This document shows positions 12,781 to 24,576 of a stretch of DNA of 64,000 bases, in pieces. Location of the stretch: assembly GCA_013239625.1 (NCBI GenBank), contig MU054187.1, forward strand, positions 17,042,711-17,106,710, written 5' to 3'. Below the pieces are notes generated by a model. That model worked only from the letters and a program-made list of their open reading frames with translations, did not search any database and was not told the origin of the DNA. The position numbers and the translations under genes are program-made. The stretch's first letter is position 1. Each line of letters starts with the position of its first letter. The DNA is from Lama guanicoe. Lineage: Eukaryota.

Positions 12781-13461
12781 AAGGATGCAGAAGCTAGGAA
12801 ATTTTGGATTCTTATTAACAAAATGTACACAAGCGGTCACAACAGCTTTCTTTAGCTTGCTGTGCTCTCTGCACGCATCAAGCACCATGAGTCTTTCCTT
12901 CCTTTTTTTGTAACAATTTTTAAGAACCATCTAGAATATATGATTCATGAATCCAACTAACTTATTTCACTCATTGATGTATCTGCAAAACATACGTTAA
13001 AAACTAGCACAAAATTCAATCAATATCTTTGAAAGAATACCCACATAAATTTAGTTATGGTGCTGAAGCCAACATCTTCCCTTCTAATTGTTTGCAACAA
13101 CTAGGAAAGATTAAAAGAAACATGCAAACATGGGTTTGTGCAGCAGTTGAGAAAGATCGTGCTGGTATTTTTGCAAATAAATGGTCATTGTTTTCCCACT
13201 ATAACCCATGTTCTCTCCTTTTAAACCTCTTTAGTCACTGAAAAACCGGTAAACTAGACAAGGTTGTACAGGTAATATGACTCACAGATTTTTATCTTTA
13301 ATACTACATTTTGCATTTGAAATAAATTGGTAGGAATAAAATTGCAGAATAGGTAACCTAACTAGAATGAAATCACTTTCTTTGGAATGTATATATATAT
13401 CTATATACAAAGCCATACATATATTCTATTTTGTTTACTAGCTGGTGGACATTCAGCATGT

Positions 13462-13615
13462 TACTTAGTTTCATCACCTATAAAATCAGGATATTAATAT
13501 TACATATTTCCCATTGTTGGTAAGTTAATTAAATGAGATGAACTCAATGCATGCATATAAACCGTATTATATAAGAAATGTCATGAGAGTAAGAACTTAA
13601 TAAATATTAACTACT
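13462..13615 (+). mobile_element. MIR SINE fragment
   Basis: AGTTTCATCACCTATAAAAT...ATTAAATGAGATGA...AGTAAGAACTTAATAAATATTAACTA resembles the MIR core and 3' end. Confidence 0.65.
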
Positions 13616-14169
13616 CTACAGTTATTGTTTATATTTGTTTCATAGAATAAGATCAGGTAGATGATGGAATTACCAGTGTCTTCTATGTACATTTATGAAC
13701 AAGTGTGAATTTTTTAACAGCACATGGATTATTTTTATAATCAAAATAAAGTCATCTTAATTTTGAAATAACGGACTATAATTTGTGAGATATGCTATTG
13801 AATTCTGCATAATTATACTATTTCCCCTGAATTCAGTCAGTTTTTCTTCAACCATAACTGCTACTCTAAGAACACCTAGGCCTTCTCTGTATACAATTTG
13901 TTTCATTACAGTTATCACTTAAAATTTTAAAATATCTAAATTCTGCAAATTTCTAGTGAAGACTTTAGTCACTAAATTTGCAAATTCTATGGGATCACTC
14001 TTCTCTTTATCCTTTGTTATTACTAAACATAATAATTATGAAATTCTAACTGACACATCTGGTATAAGAGTATTTATTTATAGAATTATGAACTATTACA
14101 GAAGAAATGAACCTAATTACTAAGTTATTTCAAATTCTTGAAGTTAAACAGTAAAAGTGATTGCAGGCC

Positions 14170-14256
14170 TTTTGGGGGCCAGGGCTGTTCATTATTCATC
14201 TTTATATTCCCAGCCTCCAGCATAGTGCATGATAAATTAAGTATTTAAATAGAATT
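14170..14256 (+). mobile_element. L2 3' end
   Basis: GGGGCCAGGGCTG...TTATTCATCTTTATATTCCCAGCCTCCAGCATAGTGC. Confidence 0.55.
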
Positions 14257-14590
14257 AGCCAAGAAAGTTCTCATTTCTATGGTTCCTTACAGTAGAATAA
14301 GATTTGATGATTCAAAGAAAAAACTGTCAAATGTGAAGCAATTCATTCAAATTCTTGCACATGTTCACTGTGCCAAAAGTCAAAGATACTACCAAGAGTA
14401 TAAGTAAAAACACAAACAAAAAAACAAACATTCCTATTTTAGTCTTATTGCTGAAAGATTCATGGCATTAACTAATGAACATAATGTTCTTTCTAAAGTG
14501 TTTATTTCCTATATAATAGGTATTGCCATTTCTTTGTTAGAATAAAGTAAGATAGTAACACAATTGTAAGTGAATTCAGAAATTGATGGA

Positions 14591-16314
14591 TAATATTGTT
14601 AAAATGGCCTTACTACCCAAAGCAATCTGCAGATCCAATGTGATCCCTATCAAATTATCCAGAACATTTTTCACAGAACTACAACAAATCATCCTAAAAT
14701 TTATATGGAATCACAAGAGACCCAGAATTGCCAAAGCAGTACTGACGAAAAAGAACTAAGCCGGAGGAACAAGACTCCAAGATTTCAGACAATACTACAG
14801 AGTTACAGTAATCAAAACAGCATGTTATAAGCACAAAAACAGACATGGATCAACGGAACAGAATAGAGAGCCCAAAAATAAACCCATACACTTATGGTCA
14901 ACTCATCTTTAACAAAGGAAGCAAGAATATACAATGGAGAAAAGACAGTCTCTTCAGCAAGTGGTGTTGGGAAAACTGGACAGCCACAAGTAAATCAGTG
15001 AAGTTAGAACACTCCTTCGTACCATACACAAACATAAACTCAAAATGGCTTAAAGACATAACATAAGACACTATAAACCACCTAGAAGAAAACATAGGCA
15101 AAACATTTTCTGACATAAATCTTAACAATGTTCTCCTAGGGCAGTCTACACAGGCAACGGAAATAAAAGCAAAAATAAACAAATGAAACCTAGTTAAACT
15201 TGTAAGTTTTTGCACAGCAAAGGAAACTACAAACAAAATGAACTACAAACACCCTATGGAATGCTAGAAAAATATTTGCAAATGATGTGACTGGCAAGGG
15301 CTTAATTTCCAGAATATACAAACAGCTCATACAACTTCATAACTAATAGACAAACAACCCAATCCAAAAGTGGGCAGAAGACCTAAACAAGCAATTCTCC
15401 AATGAAGATATACAAATGGCCAATAAGCACAAGCAAAAAATGCTCACAATTGCTGATTATCAGAGAAGCGCTAATCAAAACTACACTGAAGTGTCACCTC
15501 ATACCAATCAGAATGGCCATCATTCAAAAGCCCATAAACGATAAATGTTGAGGAGGGTGTGGAGAAAAGGGAACCCTTCTTACACTGTTGGTGGTAGTGC
15601 AGTTTGGTGCAGCCATTACGGGGAAAACAGTACGGAGATTTCTCAAAACACTAAAAGTAGACTTACCATAGGATCCAGCAATCCCACTCCTGGGCATATA
15701 TCCAAAAAAGATGGAAATCCTAATTCTAAAAGATACATGCACCCAAATGTTCATAGCAGCACTATCTATAATAGCTAAGACATGGAAACAACCTAAATGT
15801 CCATTGACAGATGACTGGATAAAGAAGTTGTGGGGTATATATATATATAAAATACTACCCAGCCATACAAAACAACAACATACAACAGAACAACATACAA
15901 AAGAGCAACATGGATGGACCTGGAGAGTGTCATTCTAACTGAAGTAAACCAGAAAGAGAAAGGAAAATACCATCTGGTATCACTTACATGTGGAATCTAA
16001 AAAAAAAAGACATAAATGAAATTATTTACAAAACAGAAACAAACTTATGATTACCAGGGGGGTAAAGAGGTGGGAAGGGATAATTTGGGAGTTCAAGATT
16101 TGCAGATAGTAACTACTATACATAAAATAGATAAGCAACATTTCTTCTGTATAGCACAGGGAACTATATTCAATATCTTATAGTAACCTATAATGAAAAA
16201 GAATATGAAAACAATATGTGTATGTATGTATATATGTGAAACATTATGTTGTACACCGGAAATTGACACAACATTATAAACTCACTATACTCCAGTAAAA
16301 ACAAAAGCAAAAAC
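14591..16314 (+). mobile_element. 5'-truncated lineage-specific LINE-1 (ORF2 3' part plus 3' UTR), frameshifted
   Basis: ORF-track peptides [45 protein letters not shown] and [36 protein letters not shown]-rich tail; probable TSD AAATTGATGGA (14580-14590) / AAGTAGATGGA (16315-16325), 9 of 11 identical. Confidence 0.95.
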
Positions 16315-19300
16315 AAGTAGATGGAAGAAATACATAATCTGTACAAAACTTGTGACTTTGTTTCTAGATGTGGTTATTTTATCAGGAGAGCCCTTATTAT
16401 TTATTAAGAATTCACAACATAGTTTTAAAGGCTTAAACATCTGGGGAATATACAGAACGATAAAAAAGGAAGCCTAGTTTCTAGGATGAGTACTTCTGAC
16501 ATGCCAACGAGAGCAAACGACAAGGCATTTGCCAACTTGTAAATGCTGGGAAAGCTCCCTAACTCACAGCATTGTTTCTTCATGATAAATTCACTTTACT
16601 TTTCCTACATGAGCTTGGAAACATTGCCAAACTCAAAAGGAGAATGGGTGGAAGGATCACTCCTGAGAGCTTTCACCTATTTCCTGTTGCTAAGGAAACC
16701 ACTTCCTTTGTACCTGTTCAGAATAGCAGCTTCCTTTGAATCCTGCCTTTCAAGCTCTATTTTCTAAAGCAAACATACAGATACATAACCCATGTTTTGA
16801 AATGTACACCAATTGATTGTTTGTTTCTAATATCTGGTGAAGAAGTGCCATCCAATTACAGCAGTAAGTACTCGCAGATTAAAACACTGGAGGTAGACAA
16901 CTTCTCTTTGTTGTTTTAGATTTTGTAGAATCTACAGAGTTTTCCCAATCTACAAAAGAGTCTGAAAACCTATCACTATGACCTGTGAATATGTATCTCT
17001 CAACATTGGCTGCAGTAATAAACCACTTTTGATTTTTAATAGAATTGGGAACCATGATATTTAATTACTTCCTAATGAGTGACAGAGTTATTGCACATTA
17101 ACATAATTGCCTGAAGATCCTTTGTTGAGACAATACGTGTCTTCTTATTTTCATCTAAAAATACTGTGAAAATTCTCCAATTTTACTTCTTTAACATTTG
17201 TGGATGGGTTAGCTCAAATGATTTCAGTGAATTGGCTTTGAAAGATAAAAGATGAGAATTGGAGTTTTATTTTACCACGATGATGGTAGTGTATATTCGC
17301 CAGCCATTAACAACAGCATGTGCGGACATTGGCCATAAATACTAGCTGATTTCATAACTTGGATTGTAAATGCTGTAATTATATGCTGTAATTCACATTC
17401 TACAACTGAGAATCATAGCCCAGTCCACAGCTTTATTACAACATTCTCATTAATGTCCCATTTATTCGAGATCTCTCAAAGAATTCCTTTGAGCACCCAT
17501 CATGATATTTTTAATTATACTCTTTATATCTTTCCAAAATGTTTTGGACCTGTCTGACGTGCTTTGATGTGTATGGTGCCCTAAAGCCACAGACTACAAA
17601 CCCAAATTACATCACCACAAAGTTAAAATGGTTTTGATTATTGTATCTATAAAATAATTCCCTTCACTTGTTTACGTCTATTCAGTGATTATAGCTTTTG
17701 TGAAAAAAAAAAACAATTGTTTTCAATTTCAGTTCTGGAGAAAAGTATGCTCCTAAGTATTAAATTGACTTATTTAATTGACTTCCACCATTGTGTACTA
17801 TTATGCTTATTTATTTGACTGGCTTATTGCTTTCAGTTTAACAACTATTGATATCATGCCACATTTCCTGCAGGGACAACGTTGTTTTCTACACAAAGAG
17901 AAACGTTAAAGCGTAAATGTGCTTTAATTTCAAGGAGAATGTTTCACTGATCAGAATAAGAATGCATGGTTTAGTTAACTCGCTGATTTTTTTACATTAG
18001 GTGTTCGATAAAGATATTTGCTCAGCATTGTCAAGCATCAATTTTTACGCAGGGAAGTTGTAGATTTGTATTTACCTACTACAATTTGGGGGCATGTTCA
18101 GGGCATCCCACTTCCATGCTTTGTCAGCTGATTAAAGAATTGATTTGAAATTTCAATATTTGGTACAATTTCATTTCTTGGAGACCCGGATTCATTCTTC
18201 TTTCACTAGTTGGTAGCATATTGGCACTTTGATTTGAAAAACAAAACAACTGCTTTGGTTCATCAGGTTTCTGTGTGCCTCCGGTGGTATCTTGTCCGAT
18301 GGCTTCTGTTGGCTAATGGCACTGCAATTAGCATGGTGCTGTGTGCCTTTCGTAGTGTGCTGCTATGCTCGCCTTAATTGAAATCTTTCTCTTGTGTCTG
18401 TGATCATTACATCACCTTGATGCCTGGAACAGCTGCTCATGTGGAGTGTGCGGTAACGCTGCCTCAGCCCTTTGAAGCTGGGGGTTTGATTAGCAGGATC
18501 AGATGAGCTGCTAGAGGGTGTCTGACTCTTCCCTCCAGTATCTTCAAATGCATTTTACAAATTACCTACTTATCTTAATACTATAAATATGCAGATACTT
18601 ACATGCCACTTACTGTATAAAGTGAAATTTTACAGTGGAAAATTATTCCCTTGCATACGTTTTTGACTTAAAGGTCACAGCTTCAGAATGTTTGATAAAG
18701 ATATTACATACCATTTTGAATCCAGTGGAAAATAGTTTTAAACACAAGGGAAGGCATGACGTTATTTTTCTTTTCTATCCCCCTTCCCTTTGACTCTGGA
18801 ATGTCTGCATAGCATATTCTAAGTGGTGGATTTTCCCCATTCTTTTCCTAACAAACAGACTAATATATATGATTTTTAAGGATCCTCAGAATGCTGCTTT
18901 AGGACTGGGTTATCCTTTACACTTTTTTTTTTAACAATTATAGCAAAAGGAAAATAATCAAAGGTGGAGAACAAACATTTTAAAGAACATGCAGGATTCT
19001 CTTGTCAAGGTAAGGATTCTATTCAAATAGTGAAAACGGGAAAAAAAAAAGCAAAAATGATGTACTTTAAAGATGGTGTGCACAAAAGGAATCAAGAAAC
19101 AGAAAGCTGAGAGTTTAACCGCAACTGGCCACCGCAGAGGGTTGCAGTATTATGGAATAGGGGCAGTTTGTAGATTGATGGCAGAGGATTTTCAAAGCTA
19201 CAGGCTGCAGAAATAATTGCTTCCCCTCAGTTATTATTTTTTAAATGGATAGAAACATATGCAGCAGGGAGGAAAGCAATGTTGCTCAAAATTAAATTGT

Positions 19301-20704
19301 CCCCTTTTTCAACAGAGCTTAGAGTGATCAGCGTAGAATCGGCTACGTTCTGAAGAAGCTAAGTTGGTGAGGAAGTAGCTGAGCCATTCCCTTGACCTGC
19401 AGGGCGACCAGTAGGTCCAACAGGTCTGGCTGTGCAGGACTCTGGATGGTATCTGGGGGACGAACTCAAGAGCATGAGTGGCAGAAGGAAATCCTGCTTT
19501 GTAAGGCTGGAAATAAACTTCTAGTTAACCGTGTTCCTTGATGATGTGACTGTAGGTGATTTTCCTCTTGTTTGGGATAATTTGTGTAGTAAATGTTTTA
19601 TACAACAAATAGTCGTACTTTAATTATTATATTTTTCTTTAAGTTATTTGACAAGGTACTCATGGTAGAATGGCCCCCTAGAAGGATCGGTCCTTACATT
19701 TTCACTGAGCAAGTCTTTATAAGGATATTTGTCTGCTTTATAAGCCAGCCAATAACATTAGCTAAAGTATTAGTTAAAAAATTGAACATACGTGATGCTA
19801 GTTAAAACATGTGTGACTTAATTTAAAATCTTATTATTCAATTAAATATTTTATAAATATGTTGTGTAAGAAAGACCATTGCCTAATTTACCATGTTAGT
19901 TGTCATAGATACAAATGCAGTGAACTATTCATGAGAACCTTTATCAGTTTGTGCTTCATCCTTTGTGGTAACGGTAGCAAAGATGTTAATAAATAAAGTA
20001 ACAATGCAGATAAATCTTGGCCATCTTATGCAGGTGACTATACACTAAGTTTTAAAAAATTACACAAATTTCTCCATTACATTTACAAAACTAAAGAGTA
20101 TATTGTAGTATATGTGTGTGTATAGATGCATGTAATCTTCTAATAAACATATTGTTATAACAATTAATACAAAAAACACATATTAGACTGAACCCCATGA
20201 AACAGTCATCTTTGCAGGTCAAAAGCAGTTGCACACTAGCATATGTGTGTACATGGTAGGCTTGCCATTTAAAGAAAATTTGCTTTTGCAAAAGAAAGCA
20301 AAATCATGTTGTTTCTCAGTTTGGTAAATGGATGTTATAGTGTATCAAAATTAATTTTTAAAGTTTTATATAATAGATCTAATCATTTACTGAAGGTCAT
20401 TTCTTGGAAATGAATATTCTGACAAATTTAAATATACTGAAATCAAAATATAGGCTAGACAGACTTAAAAAGCAGATAAATTATTAATGTTCCTCCAAGT
20501 GAAACATTTCCAAATAAGAGAAAAAATAGCTTCTTTTCCCCCATTTGAGTAAACTGATGCTTCCTTAATATTTTTAAGTTACTGCTTAGGATCTTAGAAA
20601 AATCTTAACATTTACTTCATACATGAATTGTGAATCTTCAAATTCTACAGTGCTAAATTTACAATAAAGGAGAGAGTCTGCTACACTATTCTAAACACCT
20701 GAAA

Positions 20705-20974
20705 TGTTAGATTGAACAATATGAAATTGCCTACATTTAGTCTTTTCTCGGCATACCAATACAACAATGCACTAGCCAAACTGATAGAAATGGTAAGAAC
20801 TATTTCTGTGTAGAATTACGATGCAGGAATCCCCAGCATATAGGAAAGGGGAGACTATGCCATAGAATTCAAAAACCTTTACATGGTAAATATTAGTTGA
20901 ACTGTGTGAAAATACCAATATTTGGACAATTTTTGGTGCACTAGTGTTGTAATTTCATATGGTTTAGTCCAATA
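20705..20974. mobile_element. MADE2-like mariner MITE sequences: lone TIR at 20705-20731 plus complete ~84-bp copy at 20891-20974
   Basis: TGTTAGATTGAACAATATGAAATTGCC, TATTAGTTGAACTGTGTGAAAATACC and the inverted GTAATTTCATATGGTTTAGTCCAATA resemble the HSMAR2/MADE2 TIR TTAGGTTGAACCATATGAAATTGCC as recalled. Confidence 0.75.
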
Positions 20975-21429
20975 TAAATATTTTGAATAGGAATAAGGAA
21001 TAGATGTATTTTCAACTTTTAGAACAAGTTTTTTTTTTTTTTAAACGTGATATGCTCTTGTACACACATTGATGGGGCAGATATGGGAAGCCATCTATGG
21101 GAAGAGGTAGCTTTAAAAATGGCAAGATGGCAGTGAGATACAAAAGCACTAAGGCTAACGAGAAAGAACTGAGCTCTAGTTGATGTTCTGACACGTAATA
21201 CTTGTGCAGTTTTACATAAGTGAGTTCAATGTCTCTGACGTTGTCAAACATTCTTCAAAACTTTTCCTAACTGTACCCCTTCTCCAACACATACATTATT
21301 AGCTTTTAAGCATATATAAAAAAATAAAACCTCAATAGTTTCGGAACATCTCAACTTAAAATTCTCTCACAAAGAAGATAAGTGGAGTATGCGTAAGTAT
21401 ATCCCTTACTTTTTACATTTAAAAATATG

Positions 21430-22060
21430 TCTTTCAGATTTGATCCTGTGTTTTCATACAGAGCTTCCTCATTCTGTTTCATAGATGCATGAAATTTCAC
21501 TGTGTGAGTGTACTATAATTTATTCAATCTGTCCATCTTTTTGTGGACGTTTAGGTTGTTTCCAATATTTGCCATTATAAAATGTTATAATTAGTAACTT
21601 TGTATGTGCATAATTTTGTGTGCAAGATATATACCTAGAAGAGGATTTACTGTGTTAAAATTTAGACTTATTATGCTGATCATTTCACAGTATATTAAAT
21701 ATAAGATCATTATGCTGTACACCTGAAACTAATGTTATGTCAATTATATCTCTATAAAAATAAAAGAAATTGTATAAATTTATAATTTGATAGAATGATA
21801 AATCATCTTCCGTAGGTATTATACCAGACAATACTCTAATTAGCAATGTTTTGAGTATGACTGATTCCCCAAAAAAGCATCAGTGTTATCAAGTCTTTGA
21901 CTTATTGCCAACCTGTTCAGTGAAAACTCCTTAATCACTACAATATTAATTAACAGTTGATCTTGTTTCATAATTTCACAGGTTTAAAGTCTCTTTTATT
22001 GTCTTTTTTTTTTTTTTGTACACTGTTGATATTCTTTACTCACATTTTACTCTTCGGTGG
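21430..22060 (-). mobile_element. Ancient L1 (L1ME-like) fragment split by a younger L1 tail
   Basis: TATAATTTATTCAATC...GGACGTTTAGGTTGTTTCCAATATTTGCCATTATAAA...ATATACCTAGAAGAGGATT; resumes after 21768 (TTGCCAACCTGTTCAGTGAAAA). Confidence 0.7.
21661..21768 (+). mobile_element. Short LINE-1 3' terminus
   Basis: GATCATTTCACAGTATAT...TCATTATGCTGTACACCTGAAACTAATGTTATGTCAATTATATCTCTATAAAAATAAAA. Confidence 0.8.
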
Positions 22061-22149
22061 TGGTTCTCTCTCTCTTTCTTTTCCACTTTTAAATACATAA
22101 AAACCCATGACCACGTTTTCATTAGTAATTTGCTCACTTTTTTCCCTTA

Positions 22150-23035
22150 TTAATGATTGAAATACGTTTTGCAATTGGTTTCTCAGAAAGAGCTAATGGA
22201 AACTTTTCGCATTCTTTCATATTAAAAACTTATTTTAACCTGGATAACTGAGAGACAGTTTCACTGAAAACTCCCTGGGCCACCCTGTCCATGCTTCAGG
22301 CTTTGTAGACGGTTCTCCATTTTCTTCTGACACTGACATTTTTTATGGAGAGATCTGAAATTATCCAGATATTTCCCTTTCCCCTCCACAAAAATGTCTG
22401 ATCTTTTATCAGGCTACAAAAAAGAATTCTGTATTCAGCTTCAAACTCTAAAAGCCTCATTTAATTATAGCATGATATGAACTATTCTGAGTGAATTTGC
22501 AATGGTGCATTATGTCTAATTTCAACATGGAAATTCAGTCTTATAAAATAATCATATTTTAAAGTTATTCTAGTCCTTTATTTAGGCTTTTATTTTGTTC
22601 TAAGAGGGAAAGACTCTGTGACATAAATGCTGAATCTTTTTGTCTGCTCTATTTGTCACTTTCTCTTTTTATTTCATTCTCAGATTTTTTCATAATTTTG
22701 CTGTCATTCTGTATATTCTTTTCATTTCTTTCTGCTACATTCTTTACCTTGCTTTCCACAGTATCTGTTTTCCCCTGGGCCCTCTCTCTTTTGTCTCTCT
22801 ATCTGTAAAAATATGTTTTTCTCCCTACTTTCATGTTTGAGGTTTGGCACCTCATGTTTCATCTCTTATCCTCTAACACAGAGACATTATTAAGAAATAA
22901 TTGCTGTAGTAAGACTATGAAAATTTATTTGCAGAATGTTTGGTCATAATGTTTATTTGCTTCAGAATAAGAACTTTTTCTAGGAAAAATCTTATTTTCT
23001 TGTATGTTACTGTTTTATTTTATTTTTATTTTTTA
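22150..23035 (-). mobile_element. HAL1 / ancient L1 ORF1-region remnant
   Basis: GACAGTTTCACTG...CTTTGTAGACGGTTCTCCATTTTCTTCTGACACTGA...TGGAGAGATCTGA resembles antisense HAL1; T-rich strand skew. Confidence 0.55.
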
Positions 23036-23046
23036 TAAGTAAATGC

Positions 23047-23649
23047 TATGGAAGATGAAATTCTAAAAAAGGTCTCCAATGACCCACATCCTTGTAAAAT
23101 ATTTCCTCCTGAGTATACATGGCACCTCTATACTTCTGCTCAATAATACAGGGCAAATGCAAAGGAGATTTTTCAAATATAACTAAGGTTCCTAATAAGT
23201 TGATTTTCAGTTAATTATAAAGGAGACTGGCCTGGGATGGCCTGATCTAATCAGGTAAATCTTTGACAGGTGGACCGACTCTTGGAGAGATTCTCCTGCA
23301 GGTTTTGAAGAAGGAAGCTGTGAAGTTGTGTGAGAGTCACATGTCTAGGACCTGAGTCCAGCCTCTAGGAGTTGAAAGTAACTCCTTGCCTACAGCCAGC
23401 AAGATGCGGGGAACTGAGTCTGATAGCTGCAAGGGAATGAACTCTGCCAAAACCTGAATGGCCTTGGAAAGGGGACTCAAACTTCAATGAGATTAAATCC
23501 CAGGCTGACACCTGATTTCAGACTAGTTTGACCTAGCTAACTCATGCTCACACTCCTGATCACTGGAAACTGTGGAGATAATAAGTCTGCATTCTGCTAA
23601 GCTGCTACGTTTGTGGAAATTTGTTACGCAGCAATAGAAAACTAACACA
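23047..23649 (+). mobile_element. MaLR solo LTR (MLT1E-like)
   Basis: Ends AAGCTGCTACGTTTGTGGAAATTTGTTACGCAGCAATAGAAAACTAACACA (MLT1 3' end); internal ACAGCCAGCAAGA...GCTGCAAGGGAATGAACTCTGCCAA; flanks AATGC / AATGG consistent with a decayed 5-bp TSD. Confidence 0.9.
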
Positions 23650-24534
23650 AATGGTATGCTTGTTCCACACATGTTACTCATTATGTGCTTTGTAATTCTG
23701 TACTGTATTTCCAAGCTCTTCCTCAAGGCCTTTCTTATTTTTGTGGTAACATAGAAACATTCTACTCTACAAATATGGCTTATCTGCATCATGCCTTGTG
23801 TAGTCTTGAATCTTCTGCTTCTATAGCAAGCTGGCATCAGAAAACTTACTAACATGTGGCATTATTGATCCAGGACCATTCTCAGCATGCATAACTTTTA
23901 TACTTCAAGGGGTAGTCTTTTTTCTTAGGAAGTCTAATTGGACTGTCATGTTCTTAGAGATATCACTACTGATCCATATTGCTACTTATCAACTTCATTT
24001 CATCTTGGGCAACTTTTTCTCAACTCTGTGAATTTTGACTAACTTGGACTATTCTTAGAGAATACATCTTTGTTCTAAACTAATGTAAATTGGTGTTATC
24101 AGGGACTTAACTCCCTTATGCTTTTTTGCTCTTTCAGAGAAATAGATTGATTCATAAAGTTAACACTTGTAGTAACAAAATATGACAAACATTTTTGTTA
24201 ATCTTCAGGGATCAATAACCTTGTTAACAGTGATTTTAAGTGCAAGGAATCACTCTAATATTTTGTTGGTGTACATCTTCACGTTTGAACCATGTTGTGG
24301 CCCAGTCCTAAAACAGTGCAACATTTAAATAAATAAAGACAGTTACAATATCCACCCGCTAACTGAAACATGTTCAAACATCTTCTGATATCTCTTAGTT
24401 GACAATACATAGCAATAGTTTCTCCATTTCATCCCCTTTCCCTGACTATGTACAACACAGTAACTGCCACTGCAAATAGCAAATATCTCTTTTTTCCATT
24501 TCTCAGCTCAGTCCACAATCAGTTTCATAGCCTT

Positions 24535-24537
<3 letters not shown>

Positions 24538-24568
<31 letters not shown>
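24538..24568. repeat. (TA)n microsatellite
   Basis: About 15 uninterrupted TA units. Confidence 0.95.

Positions 24569-24576
<8 letters not shown>

Noticed and set aside
14845..15938. Cluster of ORFs with clear protein similarity
   Set aside because: Frameshifted LINE-1 ORF2 pieces and antisense shadows, not a host gene; same for ORFs at 8.0-9.2, 30.0-30.6 and 44.5-46.6 kb.
18330..18369. Possible miRNA hairpin AGCATGG...CTATGCT
   Set aside because: Stem too short and imperfect for a pre-miRNA; no mature miRNA recognised.
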